In this document: piece by piece, positions 54,901-64,000 of the stretch
How the letters are laid out: every line of letters begins with the position of its first letter
Position numbering within the stretch: position 1 is the first letter of the stretch
Source of the DNA: Candidatus Peregrinibacteria bacterium
GTDB taxonomy: Bacteria; Patescibacteriota; Gracilibacteria; UBA1369; JABINC01
Assembly (NCBI GenBank): GCA_018697675.1
Contig: JABINC010000075.1
Coordinates: forward strand, 7,496-71,495
Direction of reading: 5' to 3'
Length of the DNA stretch: 64,000 nucleotides
Position numbers and translations under genes: made by a program
Notes under the pieces: model-generated
What the model saw: only the letters and a program-made list of their open reading frames with translations
Databases searched by the model: none
What the model was told of the DNA's origin: nothing

Positions 54901-55938
54901 ATGAGATCAGGTGAATCATTACAATCTTTAAGAGACGCTACTCGTGTTCAGCAAGAAGTTCGTAGTTTAGATTTTAAAACTCAAGCAGATGAGGTTGCGG
55001 CTCGTAAGGCGGCTATGGCTGAAGCTTTGGAAGAGCATCCAAATGCAACATTTCCAGATGACCATCTTGATGTGCCCCTTGAAGTTACTGATCTATTTGG
55101 TTATATGCCTTCTTCTGATCCAGAAGCTCCTACCGAAGGGAATAAGGTATTATTTTTATTGGAGCAAAGGTTTCCTGGATGGAAAGAACGGCGTGGAGCT
55201 CATGCTTCTTTCAAAGGGGATTCGTTTTCTGTGAGAAGGTCTGATAGGGATGGTTTTCAGTATCGTTGTGAGTTTAAAGGTCAAGTTTTCCATTTTAATA
55301 TTGAACATGGGCAGATAATTACAGCTGCAATTTCTTTGATAAATAAACTGCATAATTACTTGATCGAAATGTTGGCAGATGAATTGCGATATGGTGATGT
55401 AGATGAAAGGCTTGAATGGCATGCTGTTGGGCGAGCAGCTGGTATTCAAGAAATGACAAGAGAGTCTTTGCGGCAACCATTTGGAGAACATAGATGGCCA
55501 ATAGTTGATGAAGGTGGACGTGTCATGGTGAGGCCAGAGCTTCCATATAAGGCTAGAGTTACTGATGGTAGAATTCTTGAAGGATATGAGGCGCAGGTAG
55601 TTTTGACGGATTTAGCTAAGCCTGAGATTGAAATTCTTCGTAGAGAAAGAGCGGTTAGGCCTTTGAGAGTTGCAGATGGTAATAGTTTAACTGGTTTTCA
55701 TTTCATCTCTCGTGGAAGGCCCTTTGAAATATCTGTTGATATGGTAAGACCTGGAGCTCCTATGTGTTGGGGAAATTTGAAAATAGTTGGTGAAGATTGT
55801 GGTGAAATAATTATTCCTGCAGCTCATGTTGTTGCAGTTGGAGGTACGCATGTACCATCGATGAGACCGTTATCTAGATCGGCTAAACCGCAATCTGGAG
55901 ATGAAGTTCATTGGGTGAATCGGACATATTTTCAGTAG
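54901..55938 (+). CDS. Hypothetical protein (orphan)
   Basis: 345 aa, R/E/G/V-rich, no motif. Confidence 0.5.
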   Translation: MRSGESLQSLRDATRVQQEVRSLDFKTQADEVAARKAAMAEALEEHPNATFPDDHLDVPLEVTDLFGYMPSSDPEAPTEGNKVLFLLEQRFPGWKERRGAHASFKGDSFSVRRSDRDGFQYRCEFKGQVFHFNIEHGQIITAAISLINKLHNYLIEMLADELRYGDVDERLEWHAVGRAAGIQEMTRESLRQPFGEHRWPIVDEGGRVMVRPELPYKARVTDGRILEGYEAQVVLTDLAKPEIEILRRERAVRPLRVADGNSLTGFHFISRGRPFEISVDMVRPGAPMCWGNLKIVGEDCGEIIIPAAHVVAVGGTHVPSMRPLSRSAKPQSGDEVHWVNRTYFQ

Positions 55939-55946
55939 TTTGAAAA

Positions 55947-58115
55947 TTAGCCCATCCGAGAGTCCAGAATAAAGTTGGCTGTGTCGTCGAATGTGTGGGC
56001 GTAGCGGGATGCGAGTTTTAATGTGCGGCAGCGGGCTTTTGGCATAGAGTACTGTTTGTATGCCGTGTATCCATCTTTGTAAAAAGTTTCGATATATTTC
56101 ATGTATGGGTTTTCTGGATGCATGAATGGAAGACGTGGAAAAATGAGTGCGAAGTCATTGAAGTCGCGGTCTTTGAAGATTTCTATGAGTTCTAATGCGA
56201 ATTCGAAATTTATGAAAAGTATGTTGCCGGTGTTTGAGATTTTGCTGATAATTTTTCCGCTTGAGCCGGACACTCCTTGGCCAAGTATTGGTTTTTCATT
56301 TTCTTCTAAATGTGGAGTTAGCTTGTTTATGAAATGTGAGATTGATCCGTTTGATGGAAATATCACAAGTGTGTGAGTGTGGTCTTTTGCGATTGTTGCA
56401 ATTTTTTTGACTGCATTTTCTGTGAATGATCGGTCTTTTACCGGTGGAAGGTCGGGGAAGCTTTTGAAAGTTGGAGGTATGGCAGTTGTAATTTTTTTGA
56501 TCTCAAATTCTGCGAGGTCGAGTGCGCGTTTGAGGAATGCGTCGGAGCCTGATTCTATTATGTCGTCGTTGACTATGATGTTTTCGAATTTGTTCCAAAG
56601 TCTTTTTTCAAGTAGGCCGCGGATATCTTTTGGAGTTATGCGAAGGAGTAAGTCGCCTACGTTCATATGGAGCAAGAAAAGTTTGAATTTTTCTGGAGCG
56701 GTCAGAACTTCTTCCAATAATTTTAGTTTTGGAGATAGGTCTTCTTTAAAAGTTTCGAGCATGCTTTTTGCTGTGGCGGTGCATCGCGCCCAGTCTTCAC
56801 TTGTTTGGATTTCTTCGGTGATTTCTATTTCTGGGAACGAGAGATTTGCTGGTGCGAATTTTTCAAATAGGATTCCGAGTAATCCAAATAGCATCTCTCC
56901 TTCATCATCTGTGTCGCCAACTCCGATTGAAGTTGTCATGTTTCTGGCGAGTGATTTTTCGAAATCAAGAGCGTCTAGGATGAGTAGATTTTTTACATCG
57001 ATGTTGAGTGGTAGGTCGAGGTTGATGATTTTGAGAAGATTAGTATGGCTTATGTAGATCTTGTTTCCTTTTTCTAATTCTTGGAGTTTTCTGTCGTAAA
57101 TTTCATGGCTTTCATTTTCTTTTAGATTTATGCGATTTAGGATTCGGAACTCTTTGTTGTAGATGCTAAGTTCGCTGATTTCGCAGGTTTTGGTTTTCGA
57201 AAACCATATTATCAGCTTGATAATTGTTGCGATGTCTTCTTCTTTCCATTTGATGTTTTTTTCGAGAAGAGCTTCGAAACGCTCTGGAAGTAGATAGTTG
57301 TATTTGAGTTTGAAGGACTTTTTTGGGAAATAATATGTACGATTTCCTGGAAGGGCGACCAGTGTTTTTTCTGGGAAATTATATTTTTCCGGATCTATGA
57401 ATCCTTCTGTAATTTTCTTGCCTTTGAGTGGAACTTCGTGAGTAGAGAAGTCCAATTCTTCATGTGGAGCTCCGTGCTCTGACTCTGGGATTGATGAGAT
57501 CGAGAGTTTGGAGAGATCGTCTTTGTACTTGTCCTTTTCTTCAATGCTCTGAAGAAGAAATTCGCGCCATGACCAAGTTTGAGTTCCCAAGAAATTTGTT
57601 ATGGGGGTGAGAACTTCGCTATTTTCTTTTAAGAGTAGTAGGCGGAGTTTCTCCATCAGTTTCACACTGGCGAGTGCGTCGTCATAAGCTCGATGGGCAG
57701 ATGAATGATCAATTTCTAGATTTTTCGTGAGGACTTCTAGACTATAGCTTTCCGCATTTGGAATAATTGCTCGGGCGAGCACAAATGTGTCGAGCTCAAG
57801 GTTTTCTAATTTGATACCTGCATTTCTTAGGAAACTTATGTCAAATTGGATGTTTTGTCCGAGAATTGGCAGGTCGCCTATGAATTCTTCGACACTTTTT
57901 TTGTGAATTTCAAAAGCTTCGGCATCTACAACCATCTCATCTGTGATGTTTGTGATTTGAGTGACTATTGTTGGGATTCGTCGCCCGGGATTTATCAAGG
58001 TTTGAAAAGAGTCGATAATTTCGCCATCTTCGAATTTTATTGCGGCGATTTCAATTATTGCATCTGTCTCGGGATCAAGTCCCGTCGTTTCTAAGTCTAG
58101 TGCTATGAACTTCAT
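55947..58115 (-). CDS. DnaQ-type 3'-5' exonuclease fused to a DinG-like (apparently Walker A-less) helicase-like region
   Basis: N-terminal ExoI FIALDLETTGL and ExoIII HRAYDDALA. C-terminal ...FPRLPFMHPENPY... resembles the DinG helicase C-terminal domain. I could not find a GxGKS/T P-loop. Confidence 0.7.
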   Translation of the reverse strand: MKFIALDLETTGLDPETDAIIEIAAIKFEDGEIIDSFQTLINPGRRIPTIVTQITNITDEMVVDAEAFEIHKKSVEEFIGDLPILGQNIQFDISFLRNAGIKLENLELDTFVLARAIIPNAESYSLEVLTKNLEIDHSSAHRAYDDALASVKLMEKLRLLLLKENSEVLTPITNFLGTQTWSWREFLLQSIEEKDKYKDDLSKLSISSIPESEHGAPHEELDFSTHEVPLKGKKITEGFIDPEKYNFPEKTLVALPGNRTYYFPKKSFKLKYNYLLPERFEALLEKNIKWKEEDIATIIKLIIWFSKTKTCEISELSIYNKEFRILNRINLKENESHEIYDRKLQELEKGNKIYISHTNLLKIINLDLPLNIDVKNLLILDALDFEKSLARNMTTSIGVGDTDDEGEMLFGLLGILFEKFAPANLSFPEIEITEEIQTSEDWARCTATAKSMLETFKEDLSPKLKLLEEVLTAPEKFKLFLLHMNVGDLLLRITPKDIRGLLEKRLWNKFENIIVNDDIIESGSDAFLKRALDLAEFEIKKITTAIPPTFKSFPDLPPVKDRSFTENAVKKIATIAKDHTHTLVIFPSNGSISHFINKLTPHLEENEKPILGQGVSGSSGKIISKISNTGNILFINFEFALELIEIFKDRDFNDFALIFPRLPFMHPENPYMKYIETFYKDGYTAYKQYSMPKARCRTLKLASRYAHTFDDTANFILDSRMG

Positions 58116-59380
58116 TTATTTTCTATAAAATATTGTAATTTTACGATTATCTCTGCCAGGTCTCCACGTGTCATGGAATCGTTGAGTCGAATCGTCCCAT
58201 CACTGTGGGCTGAGATTATATGGTTTTGTCGGAGAAAGTAAACATAAGGATAATACCAGTTGTTGACCGCGTTTTCCCGTACGTCTGAAAACAGATATTC
58301 TGCTTCTGGGAATTCATTGTATGGAGTTCCCGCAGATTCTAGGATTATTTTTAGGGCTTCGGCGCGGTTGACTGTTTGCTCTGGCCTGAATGATCCATCT
58401 GGATATCCTGAGATCACGCCTTCCTCTTTTCCGGTCTCAACGAAGCGTGCGAACCAGGTAAATCTAGGTACGTCGATGAATGGTGAATTACTTGCTTCAT
58501 TGAGCACATTTAGTTGAAATGAAAGCATTGCCATTTTCAAAAGTTCCGCTCTGTTGACGAATGAATCTGGGCGGACAGTTCCATCTGGGTAGCCGTGTAG
58601 TACTCCCTGCAACCTTAGTGCTTCTACATAATTTTGTTTTGGATGTCCTGCAATGTCAGAGAATGGATCTGCAACTTCTACCACAAATGATTGTTCTCCG
58701 GTCGTTTCATCTATCACTACTCGTACGTCTTCCTCTTCATTTGTTTCTCCTCGTTCTGTGATTGTGAAAAGCGTCTTTGGGCTTACGTTGTCATCTGAAT
58801 CTTTTGCCTCTAGGTAAAATGTATTTTTCTTGTTTTGTTCCAATCGGACCTTTGCGACAAATCGTCCGCTGGTGGCAACTACCGCTTCTACCTCATCACT
58901 TCCTGTTACAAAAATTCTAGTGCCTGGTTCGGCATCCCCTTTGATGTCGTAATAATAAGTGTCTACAGTTTGATTTACTGCTTCAACCACTGGGGCTTCT
59001 GGCGCAGATAAGTCTTGTCCGGTCGATGCAGCATGGGCGGCCGCCTGAGCCTCACTTTCCACTATAGTTATAGTTATTTGATCACTCACATCCTCATCAT
59101 CTGCAACCCAAACTTGAAAAATATTTGTATTATTTTGACTGAGAGAAAGTGTCACTGAAAACCTTCCATCATTCCCCACTGTTACCGGTGGAATTTGGTA
59201 TGGTCCCCCTGTCACCGTAACCCTTGCTCCTGGCATAGTAGTCCCATTTATCACTTGTTTTGTTCCATCAAAAGGACTTTTGACTGGATCTAGAGTTGGC
59301 GGGGCTATTGCATAAGCAATTCCCGAAAACATAAATAGGAATATAGCTCCTAAAGTTATTCTGAAGAGTGTGTGTTTCAT
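58112..59380 (-). CDS. SLH-domain cell-surface protein with two Ig-like repeats
   Basis: 422 aa with signal peptide. Repeats GARVTVTG..GRFSVTLSL / GTRIFVTG..GRFVAKVRL. Three C-terminal SLH-like units (F.D......Y...L...G...GYPDG.FRP...V.RAE). Confidence 0.8.
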   Translation of the reverse strand: MKHTLFRITLGAIFLFMFSGIAYAIAPPTLDPVKSPFDGTKQVINGTTMPGARVTVTGGPYQIPPVTVGNDGRFSVTLSLSQNNTNIFQVWVADDEDVSDQITITIVESEAQAAAHAASTGQDLSAPEAPVVEAVNQTVDTYYYDIKGDAEPGTRIFVTGSDEVEAVVATSGRFVAKVRLEQNKKNTFYLEAKDSDDNVSPKTLFTITERGETNEEEDVRVVIDETTGEQSFVVEVADPFSDIAGHPKQNYVEALRLQGVLHGYPDGTVRPDSFVNRAELLKMAMLSFQLNVLNEASNSPFIDVPRFTWFARFVETGKEEGVISGYPDGSFRPEQTVNRAEALKIILESAGTPYNEFPEAEYLFSDVRENAVNNWYYPYVYFLRQNHIISAHSDGTIRLNDSMTRGDLAEIIVKLQYFIENK

Positions 59381-59511
59381 GATGAGTAAGATTAAAGTTT
59401 AATGATCCTTCGGATTCTAGCTTTTTTTGCTTTTTATTACAAATACTCAAATAGTCTTGCCATTTGGTTGAATCCAGGTATAATTCTCTCCTGATTTTTA
59501 ACTAAAATATT

Positions 59512-60168
59512 ATGGTAGAAGCACTTACTGTTGTGGATAGAGGGACTGATAGTTTGAGAAAACTTGCAGCCAACGTTGCTGCAGAAGTTTTAGTGCAAAT
59601 TTCGGACTGTATTGGTGATGAAGTCATGAAAGGCTTTGATATAGATAGCACCAATATGCAGGATGCATTGATTGCTTATTTAGCTGAGTGTGAAGTTGAG
59701 ACCGAGAGTGTTGCGCAAGTTGGTTTACGAGTGAATGATTATAGAGGTCAATTTGGGGTGGCACTTGCAAGTGTTCAGATTACTCCTGCTAACGAAGACG
59801 GCGAAGAGCTTCTCGGCCGATTTGACTTGGAATCTCCTACAGTTGGATTTATTTTTCCTGGAGAAAATCTCTCAGAGGTTCATTTTGATACTGGGAATAG
59901 TGGTGAGCGATTGACAGCTTTGTCTGGACAAGTTCCCGCTTTTGACGCAACTCATGTCAAAACACCTGCTGCAACTTGGGAGACTCCTGTCATTGCTGCA
60001 GATATGGATGAGGTGCCTGATTCTTTCGAAGCGGCTCACAAAGTTGGGGTAGTTGTTCCAGTTTTGGATCAGTCTGTTTTGGACGATTCAAAGTTACCTA
60101 ACAAAGCCTACGAAAGTGACTTAGCATTGCCTGGTACTGTCTACATGTGTAGATACACTTTTCGTTAA
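59512..60168 (+). CDS. Acidic hypothetical protein (orphan)
   Basis: 218 aa, no motif. TATAAT at 59479-59484 upstream. Confidence 0.45.
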   Translation: MVEALTVVDRGTDSLRKLAANVAAEVLVQISDCIGDEVMKGFDIDSTNMQDALIAYLAECEVETESVAQVGLRVNDYRGQFGVALASVQITPANEDGEELLGRFDLESPTVGFIFPGENLSEVHFDTGNSGERLTALSGQVPAFDATHVKTPAATWETPVIAADMDEVPDSFEAAHKVGVVVPVLDQSVLDDSKLPNKAYESDLALPGTVYMCRYTFR

Positions 60169-60234
60169 TCAACCATTTCCAAACAAAATGTATTTTGCTA
60201 AGTTTCGCGTATAGGTTATTTAGCAATTGGTTTT

Positions 60235-61806
60235 ATGAATTTCGTAAATGCTATCCTTTCTCGGAAAATATATGTTTTTATTTGCTTCCTGTTTTTGGTG
60301 TTAATTGCTTTTGGGAGCGCTATATCTGGGGATTTTTTCTTTGATGATAAATCTTTGATTGTTGATAATGAATTTATACGTTCTTTTTCACATTTTTTCG
60401 ATTGGTTTACGACGAATTCTAGGAGTGGGGCGGGGCTTGAGGTAGGGAATCTATATCGGCCGCTTCAGACTATGGTGAATGCCATAATGTTTCATGTTTT
60501 TGGCTTGAATGCAGAGTTTTATCACCTGCTGAATATATTGATTCATGCTGTAAATGGCCTTCTGGTTTATACTCTTTTTTCTCGGTTTTCTTTTTCAAAA
60601 ATCGTGAGTGCGTTGATGGCTGTGGTGTTTCTTATCCATCCAGTTCAAGTTGAGTCGGTCGCTTATATTGCGGGGCTTCCCGACTTGCTTGTGGCCCTTT
60701 TTGTTTTGCTGGGATTGAGTTTGTATGTAAGTGAAATAGGAGGATGGAAAAGAATTTTAACTTTGTTAATTGTTGTTGTTCTAGGATTCCTTTCGAAGGA
60801 GAGTATGGTTGTTTTCTTTCCATTGGCACTGCTTATAGATATTTTTAGGTGGAAAGAATATGGTGCGGGGGAAAAGAGTGTCAGAAAAAAAATACTCGGT
60901 GTTTTTGCGGGGATGACTTTTCTTTTTGTCATTTTGAAATTTACGGCTTTGAGCTTCACTGGGAATCTAGGACTCTCTTATGAATCGAATATCTATACCG
61001 ACAATCTTCATGTGCGAATTTTTACGTTTATCAGTGTGCTTGTGGAGTATGTGAAGTTAATTTTTTGGCCGCTTGAGTTGTATTTTGAAAAAGGAAAGGG
61101 GCTTTTTGGATCGCTTGCGACTTTGCAGGGATTTTTGGGAGTTATAATTGTCGTTGGTGGGCTTGTGGCTGCGGCTTTGTCATTTAGGAAAAAGAAGGTG
61201 TTTTTCTTGGCTTATCTATGGTTTTTTATAAATTTGGCACCTGTTTCGGGGCTTGTGCCTCAAAATGCAATGTATGCGGAGCACTGGTTGTATCTAACCA
61301 TTATTGGGGTTCTTATTCTCTTTGCAGCACTTTATGATTCTTTAGAATCCGGCTTTTGGAAGAAGGTTTTTGTTGTTGGGCTTTGTGTTATTTCGGTGCT
61401 ATTTATCATTCGTGATGTAGATCGTAGTCGGCAGTGGGCAGATCCTTTCGCGTTTTTTGAGAACGAACTTCAGTACAGTGAAGCTCCGCATGAAATACAT
61501 AACAAAGTGGGAACGCTCTATTTTGAACAGGAGGACTATGCGTCTGCGATGGTTGAGTTTGAGAAGGGGATTAACTTAAGTGATACAAATGCTGAGGCGA
61601 GATTTAATATGTGTCTGAGTTATTATCTCACAGGAAAATTGGGAGCAGCACTTTCAAATTGTGAACGCGCAGTCCAAATCGACCCCGAGCTCTCGAATTC
61701 ATACATGCTTCTCTATAATATTTATGTGATGACAGAAAATCTCGAGCGCGCTGAAAACGTCATGAAGATTCTGAATTCGATGGAGGTTACGCTTCCTAAT
61801 CAGTAG
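60235..61806 (+). CDS. Multi-TM protein with C-terminal TPR repeats (PMT/ArnT-like glycosyltransferase architecture)
   Basis: 523 aa. About 10 TM helices, followed by TPR-like helices (GTLYFEQEDYASAMVEFEKGI...). Confidence 0.6.
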   Translation: MNFVNAILSRKIYVFICFLFLVLIAFGSAISGDFFFDDKSLIVDNEFIRSFSHFFDWFTTNSRSGAGLEVGNLYRPLQTMVNAIMFHVFGLNAEFYHLLNILIHAVNGLLVYTLFSRFSFSKIVSALMAVVFLIHPVQVESVAYIAGLPDLLVALFVLLGLSLYVSEIGGWKRILTLLIVVVLGFLSKESMVVFFPLALLIDIFRWKEYGAGEKSVRKKILGVFAGMTFLFVILKFTALSFTGNLGLSYESNIYTDNLHVRIFTFISVLVEYVKLIFWPLELYFEKGKGLFGSLATLQGFLGVIIVVGGLVAAALSFRKKKVFFLAYLWFFINLAPVSGLVPQNAMYAEHWLYLTIIGVLILFAALYDSLESGFWKKVFVVGLCVISVLFIIRDVDRSRQWADPFAFFENELQYSEAPHEIHNKVGTLYFEQEDYASAMVEFEKGINLSDTNAEARFNMCLSYYLTGKLGAALSNCERAVQIDPELSNSYMLLYNIYVMTENLERAENVMKILNSMEVTLPNQ

Positions 61807-63442
61807 TTTCCAAATAACACTTTTCACAATATACAGTTTCTGGGCGGTCCGGTGCGTATGATGTGGAGATTTTCGCTTGGCATTTCTGGCAATTCCTATC
61901 CCAAAGTTTTCGGGGGTTCCGGAGTTTGAGCCTCTCTGCGTGTCTTTCCAAAAAATGTGTTTTTGGTAATGGGATTCCGTATCTTTTATAGAATCGCAGT
62001 TCCTCTTTTGTAATCTTATAATTTCGGCCGCTTAGAGTTGATGCGAGGATTTCTTCTGTTATAGAATCTGGTACGTCTTTTATGTCATCCGGAACTTCAG
62101 CGGTTGCTGGTTTGAATTCTTGTGGCTCAGGCTCTTTCCATTTGTAGTCGCGGGACAAAGCTTCTTCTTTTGTAAGTGGAAAATATTCTCCAGCGACAGA
62201 TTCGTTGTAGCAGTAGGTAGATATTTTTGGATGGAAATATTGTCCCCACTCCCCGGTGTGTTTCATATGCTCGATTATTTTGTCTCGGAGTGCGAAGTAT
62301 TCTTCTTTTGAATATTGTTTGTTGAGAATGCAGTACTGTTTTTTCTTCAAGGAAATGCATCCAAAACAATTCGCGCAGTTGTTGGCTATGTACATCGAAT
62401 AGTCAATATCATTAGAACCATATACCGCAAAACTGAATCGAATATTTGTGGCGCGTGAAATTGAAACAATGTTGTATGCCAGTTCTGCGTAATACACAAA
62501 ATCGCAGTCGTACATATCTTTTGCGTGTTCGGTTCCCCAGCAGTATCGTATGTCTTCGACATTTTCTAGATCAAATGAGCAATGAACATTTTTTGAATCA
62601 GTGATGTAATTTCCTGTGGAATTTTCTGAATTCAGAATAATTGCGCTCTTTTTGGGACGTGAAGTGAGGTTTTTTCTAAAGTCTTTTTTTATGCTTTGTG
62701 CAACTTGGTAGTTCCCAAGATTGTATTTTGAAACTTTTTCTTTGTATCCTTCTTCAGTGCAGCATTGGTTGAAGAAATAGAATTTTTTGTTTCGAATCCC
62801 CGTGCATCCAAAGCAGTCTGAACATCCGATACAGTCATAACAAAACCAGGAATTATTGGTGTTTTTGCAATTTTGGGAGAAGAAGCATTCATAGCAGCTC
62901 CAACAGTCTACGCATTCGTAACAGTAGTTGCAGTGGGAGACGTTATAGCAGTCAATTATGCCAGTTGAGCTGAGAGCCAGGTAGGTGTACATAATGTCTT
63001 CTGCATGGCCCATCCGTGCCGAGTAGTAGCAGTTTTTTGAATCAGCTGAGAATGCAGTATATTCACAATTTATTGAATTTAATACTACATTGGGTGGAAG
63101 TGGAACTTTTAAGCTGAGTTCTTCAAATTGTTCGAAAAATGGTCTCTCGAAGTCAAATTCCCGACCATAATCCGTGCCGTCCCAGGAGTCTCCCCACCAT
63201 GCTTCATTAGAATAAACAGTATATGGTTTATCAGTGGAGTAGCTTGCAATGATCGGTTTTCCTGTTAAGTCGCAGGTTCTGTTATAGAGGTTTAATTCAT
63301 TGCGAAAAGCCGTTCTTTTTCGGTGTCGCTCATCTGGGCAGAGGGTTGGAAGTGGCACATTAAATCTTTTGCAGACCTTGATATCTTCATCTGTGATTGT
63401 GAAGGTTTGTCCGGAAACTTGGCATGTCTTTTGTACTGGCAT
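61796..63442 (-). CDS. Cys-rich protein with homologous N- and C-terminal zinc-ribbon-like modules and central Cx2C repeats
   Basis: 548 aa. The central segment CYNVSHCNYCYECVDCWSCYECFFSQNCKNTNNSWFCYDCIGCSDCFGCTG is dense in Cys pairs. The terminal modules share PLP..CP/F.ERH..R...RN...L..R.C......I..SY....P..VY. Confidence 0.6.
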   Translation of the reverse strand: MPVQKTCQVSGQTFTITDEDIKVCKRFNVPLPTLCPDERHRKRTAFRNELNLYNRTCDLTGKPIIASYSTDKPYTVYSNEAWWGDSWDGTDYGREFDFERPFFEQFEELSLKVPLPPNVVLNSINCEYTAFSADSKNCYYSARMGHAEDIMYTYLALSSTGIIDCYNVSHCNYCYECVDCWSCYECFFSQNCKNTNNSWFCYDCIGCSDCFGCTGIRNKKFYFFNQCCTEEGYKEKVSKYNLGNYQVAQSIKKDFRKNLTSRPKKSAIILNSENSTGNYITDSKNVHCSFDLENVEDIRYCWGTEHAKDMYDCDFVYYAELAYNIVSISRATNIRFSFAVYGSNDIDYSMYIANNCANCFGCISLKKKQYCILNKQYSKEEYFALRDKIIEHMKHTGEWGQYFHPKISTYCYNESVAGEYFPLTKEEALSRDYKWKEPEPQEFKPATAEVPDDIKDVPDSITEEILASTLSGRNYKITKEELRFYKRYGIPLPKTHFLERHAERLKLRNPRKLWDRNCQKCQAKISTSYAPDRPETVYCEKCYLETTD

Positions 63443-63477
63443 CTAGTAAGTTATTAGGTGCCTTATTGTACTACATT

Positions 63478-64000
63478 TTAAAGCAATCCCACAAACTCAT
63501 CGAAGATAAATTCTGTATCAGTTGGGCCAGAGCAGGCTTCTGGATGGAATTGGACTGCTGCGAATGGTTTTGAGTTGTGCTTGATACCCTCAACCGTGCC
63601 ATCATTTGCATTTTCAAACCAAACTTCCCAACCTTCTGGAAGTGAGGTCCCATCTACTGCGTATCCGTGATTTTGTGTCGTGATGTAGCACCGCCCAGTC
63701 TCGAGATTTATGCATGGTTGATTATGTGAGCGATGTCCGTATTTCATTTTGTAAGTTTTTCCTCCTGCAGCGATAGCCATGATTTGGCTTCCCATACAGA
63801 TTCCGTAAGTCGGTTTTTCAGTTCTGAATGCATGACGCATAGCTTCGTGTGTTTTGGGTACCGACATTGGATCTCCAGGGCCATTTGAGAAAAAGTAGCC
63901 ATCGTACTCAGTTGAATCTTTTGAGAAATCATGATTCCAAGGCACTAGAGTTACGCCGATATCTCTTTTTAGAAATGAGCGGATTATGTTGTTTTTGATT
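63478..64000 (-). CDS. carA: Carbamoyl-phosphate synthase small (glutaminase) subunit, C-terminal part (5' end outside window)
   Basis: GATase class I triad context (GICMGSQIM, VQFHPEA). The reading frame stays open from 63945 to the window edge (…IKNNIIRSFLKRDIGVTLVPW…). Confidence 0.85.
   Translation of the reverse strand, partial: IKNNIIRSFLKRDIGVTLVPWNHDFSKDSTEYDGYFFSNGPGDPMSVPKTHEAMRHAFRTEKPTYGICMGSQIMAIAAGGKTYKMKYGHRSHNQPCINLETGRCYITTQNHGYAVDGTSLPEGWEVWFENANDGTVEGIKHNSKPFAAVQFHPEACSGPTDTEFIFDEFVGLL

Overview
AT-rich bacterial chromosome segment. It uses the standard genetic code, with TAA, TAG and TGA all closing good ORFs. The small, streamlined genes, split transketolase, V/A-type ATPase and many lineage-specific orphans suggest a small-genome CPR/Patescibacteria-like organism, but that is inference only. 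No database search or folding program was run; all calls rest on motifs read from the translations and on hand base-pairing.

Left ~9.5 kb (accessory/mobile-looking):
- two tyrosine recombinases with a GC-richer lipoprotein gene between them;
- cargo genes with no recognisable family, one carrying an Rx4H HEPN-like motif;
- three tandem 36-bp repeats;
- a densely base-paired, switch-like leader RNA;
- an orphan SAM methyltransferase bracketed by two copies (107/109 identical) of a promoter-driven 109-nt RNA-like module. The second copy runs into a tRNA-like T-arm plus CCA;
- a self-inhibited class II Fic protein behind a tandemly duplicated palindromic operator.

Remainder (core genome):
- ArfB;
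- an aminotransferase / 2-hydroxyacid dehydrogenase / glycerate 2-kinase module next to split transketolase;
- an ECF sigma unit, with the same -35/-10 motif found in front of two transcription units;
- ThpR, tRNA-Trp(CCA), tRNA-Arg(UCG);
- PBP2 with a large acidic insert, M16 peptidase, ndk;
- folate genes pabB, a pabC-like gene, folP and folK;
- CYTH, NUDIX, thioredoxin-like protein, prs, rpiB, rpe, IMPase, uvrB;
- a complete nine-gene V/A-type ATPase operon;
- a DnaQ/DinG-like exonuclease, an SLH protein, a TPR membrane protein, a Cys-rich internally duplicated protein and a carA fragment.

Most interesting non-obvious signals:
1. the twin RNA modules with a tmRNA-like tRNA-like end;
2. covarying intercistronic stem-loops after the K, A and B genes of the ATPase operon;
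3. the shared ECF promoter motif;
4. the structured leader at 3575-3709;
5. a set of compositionally distinct, self-promoted acidic orphan genes wedged between housekeeping genes.
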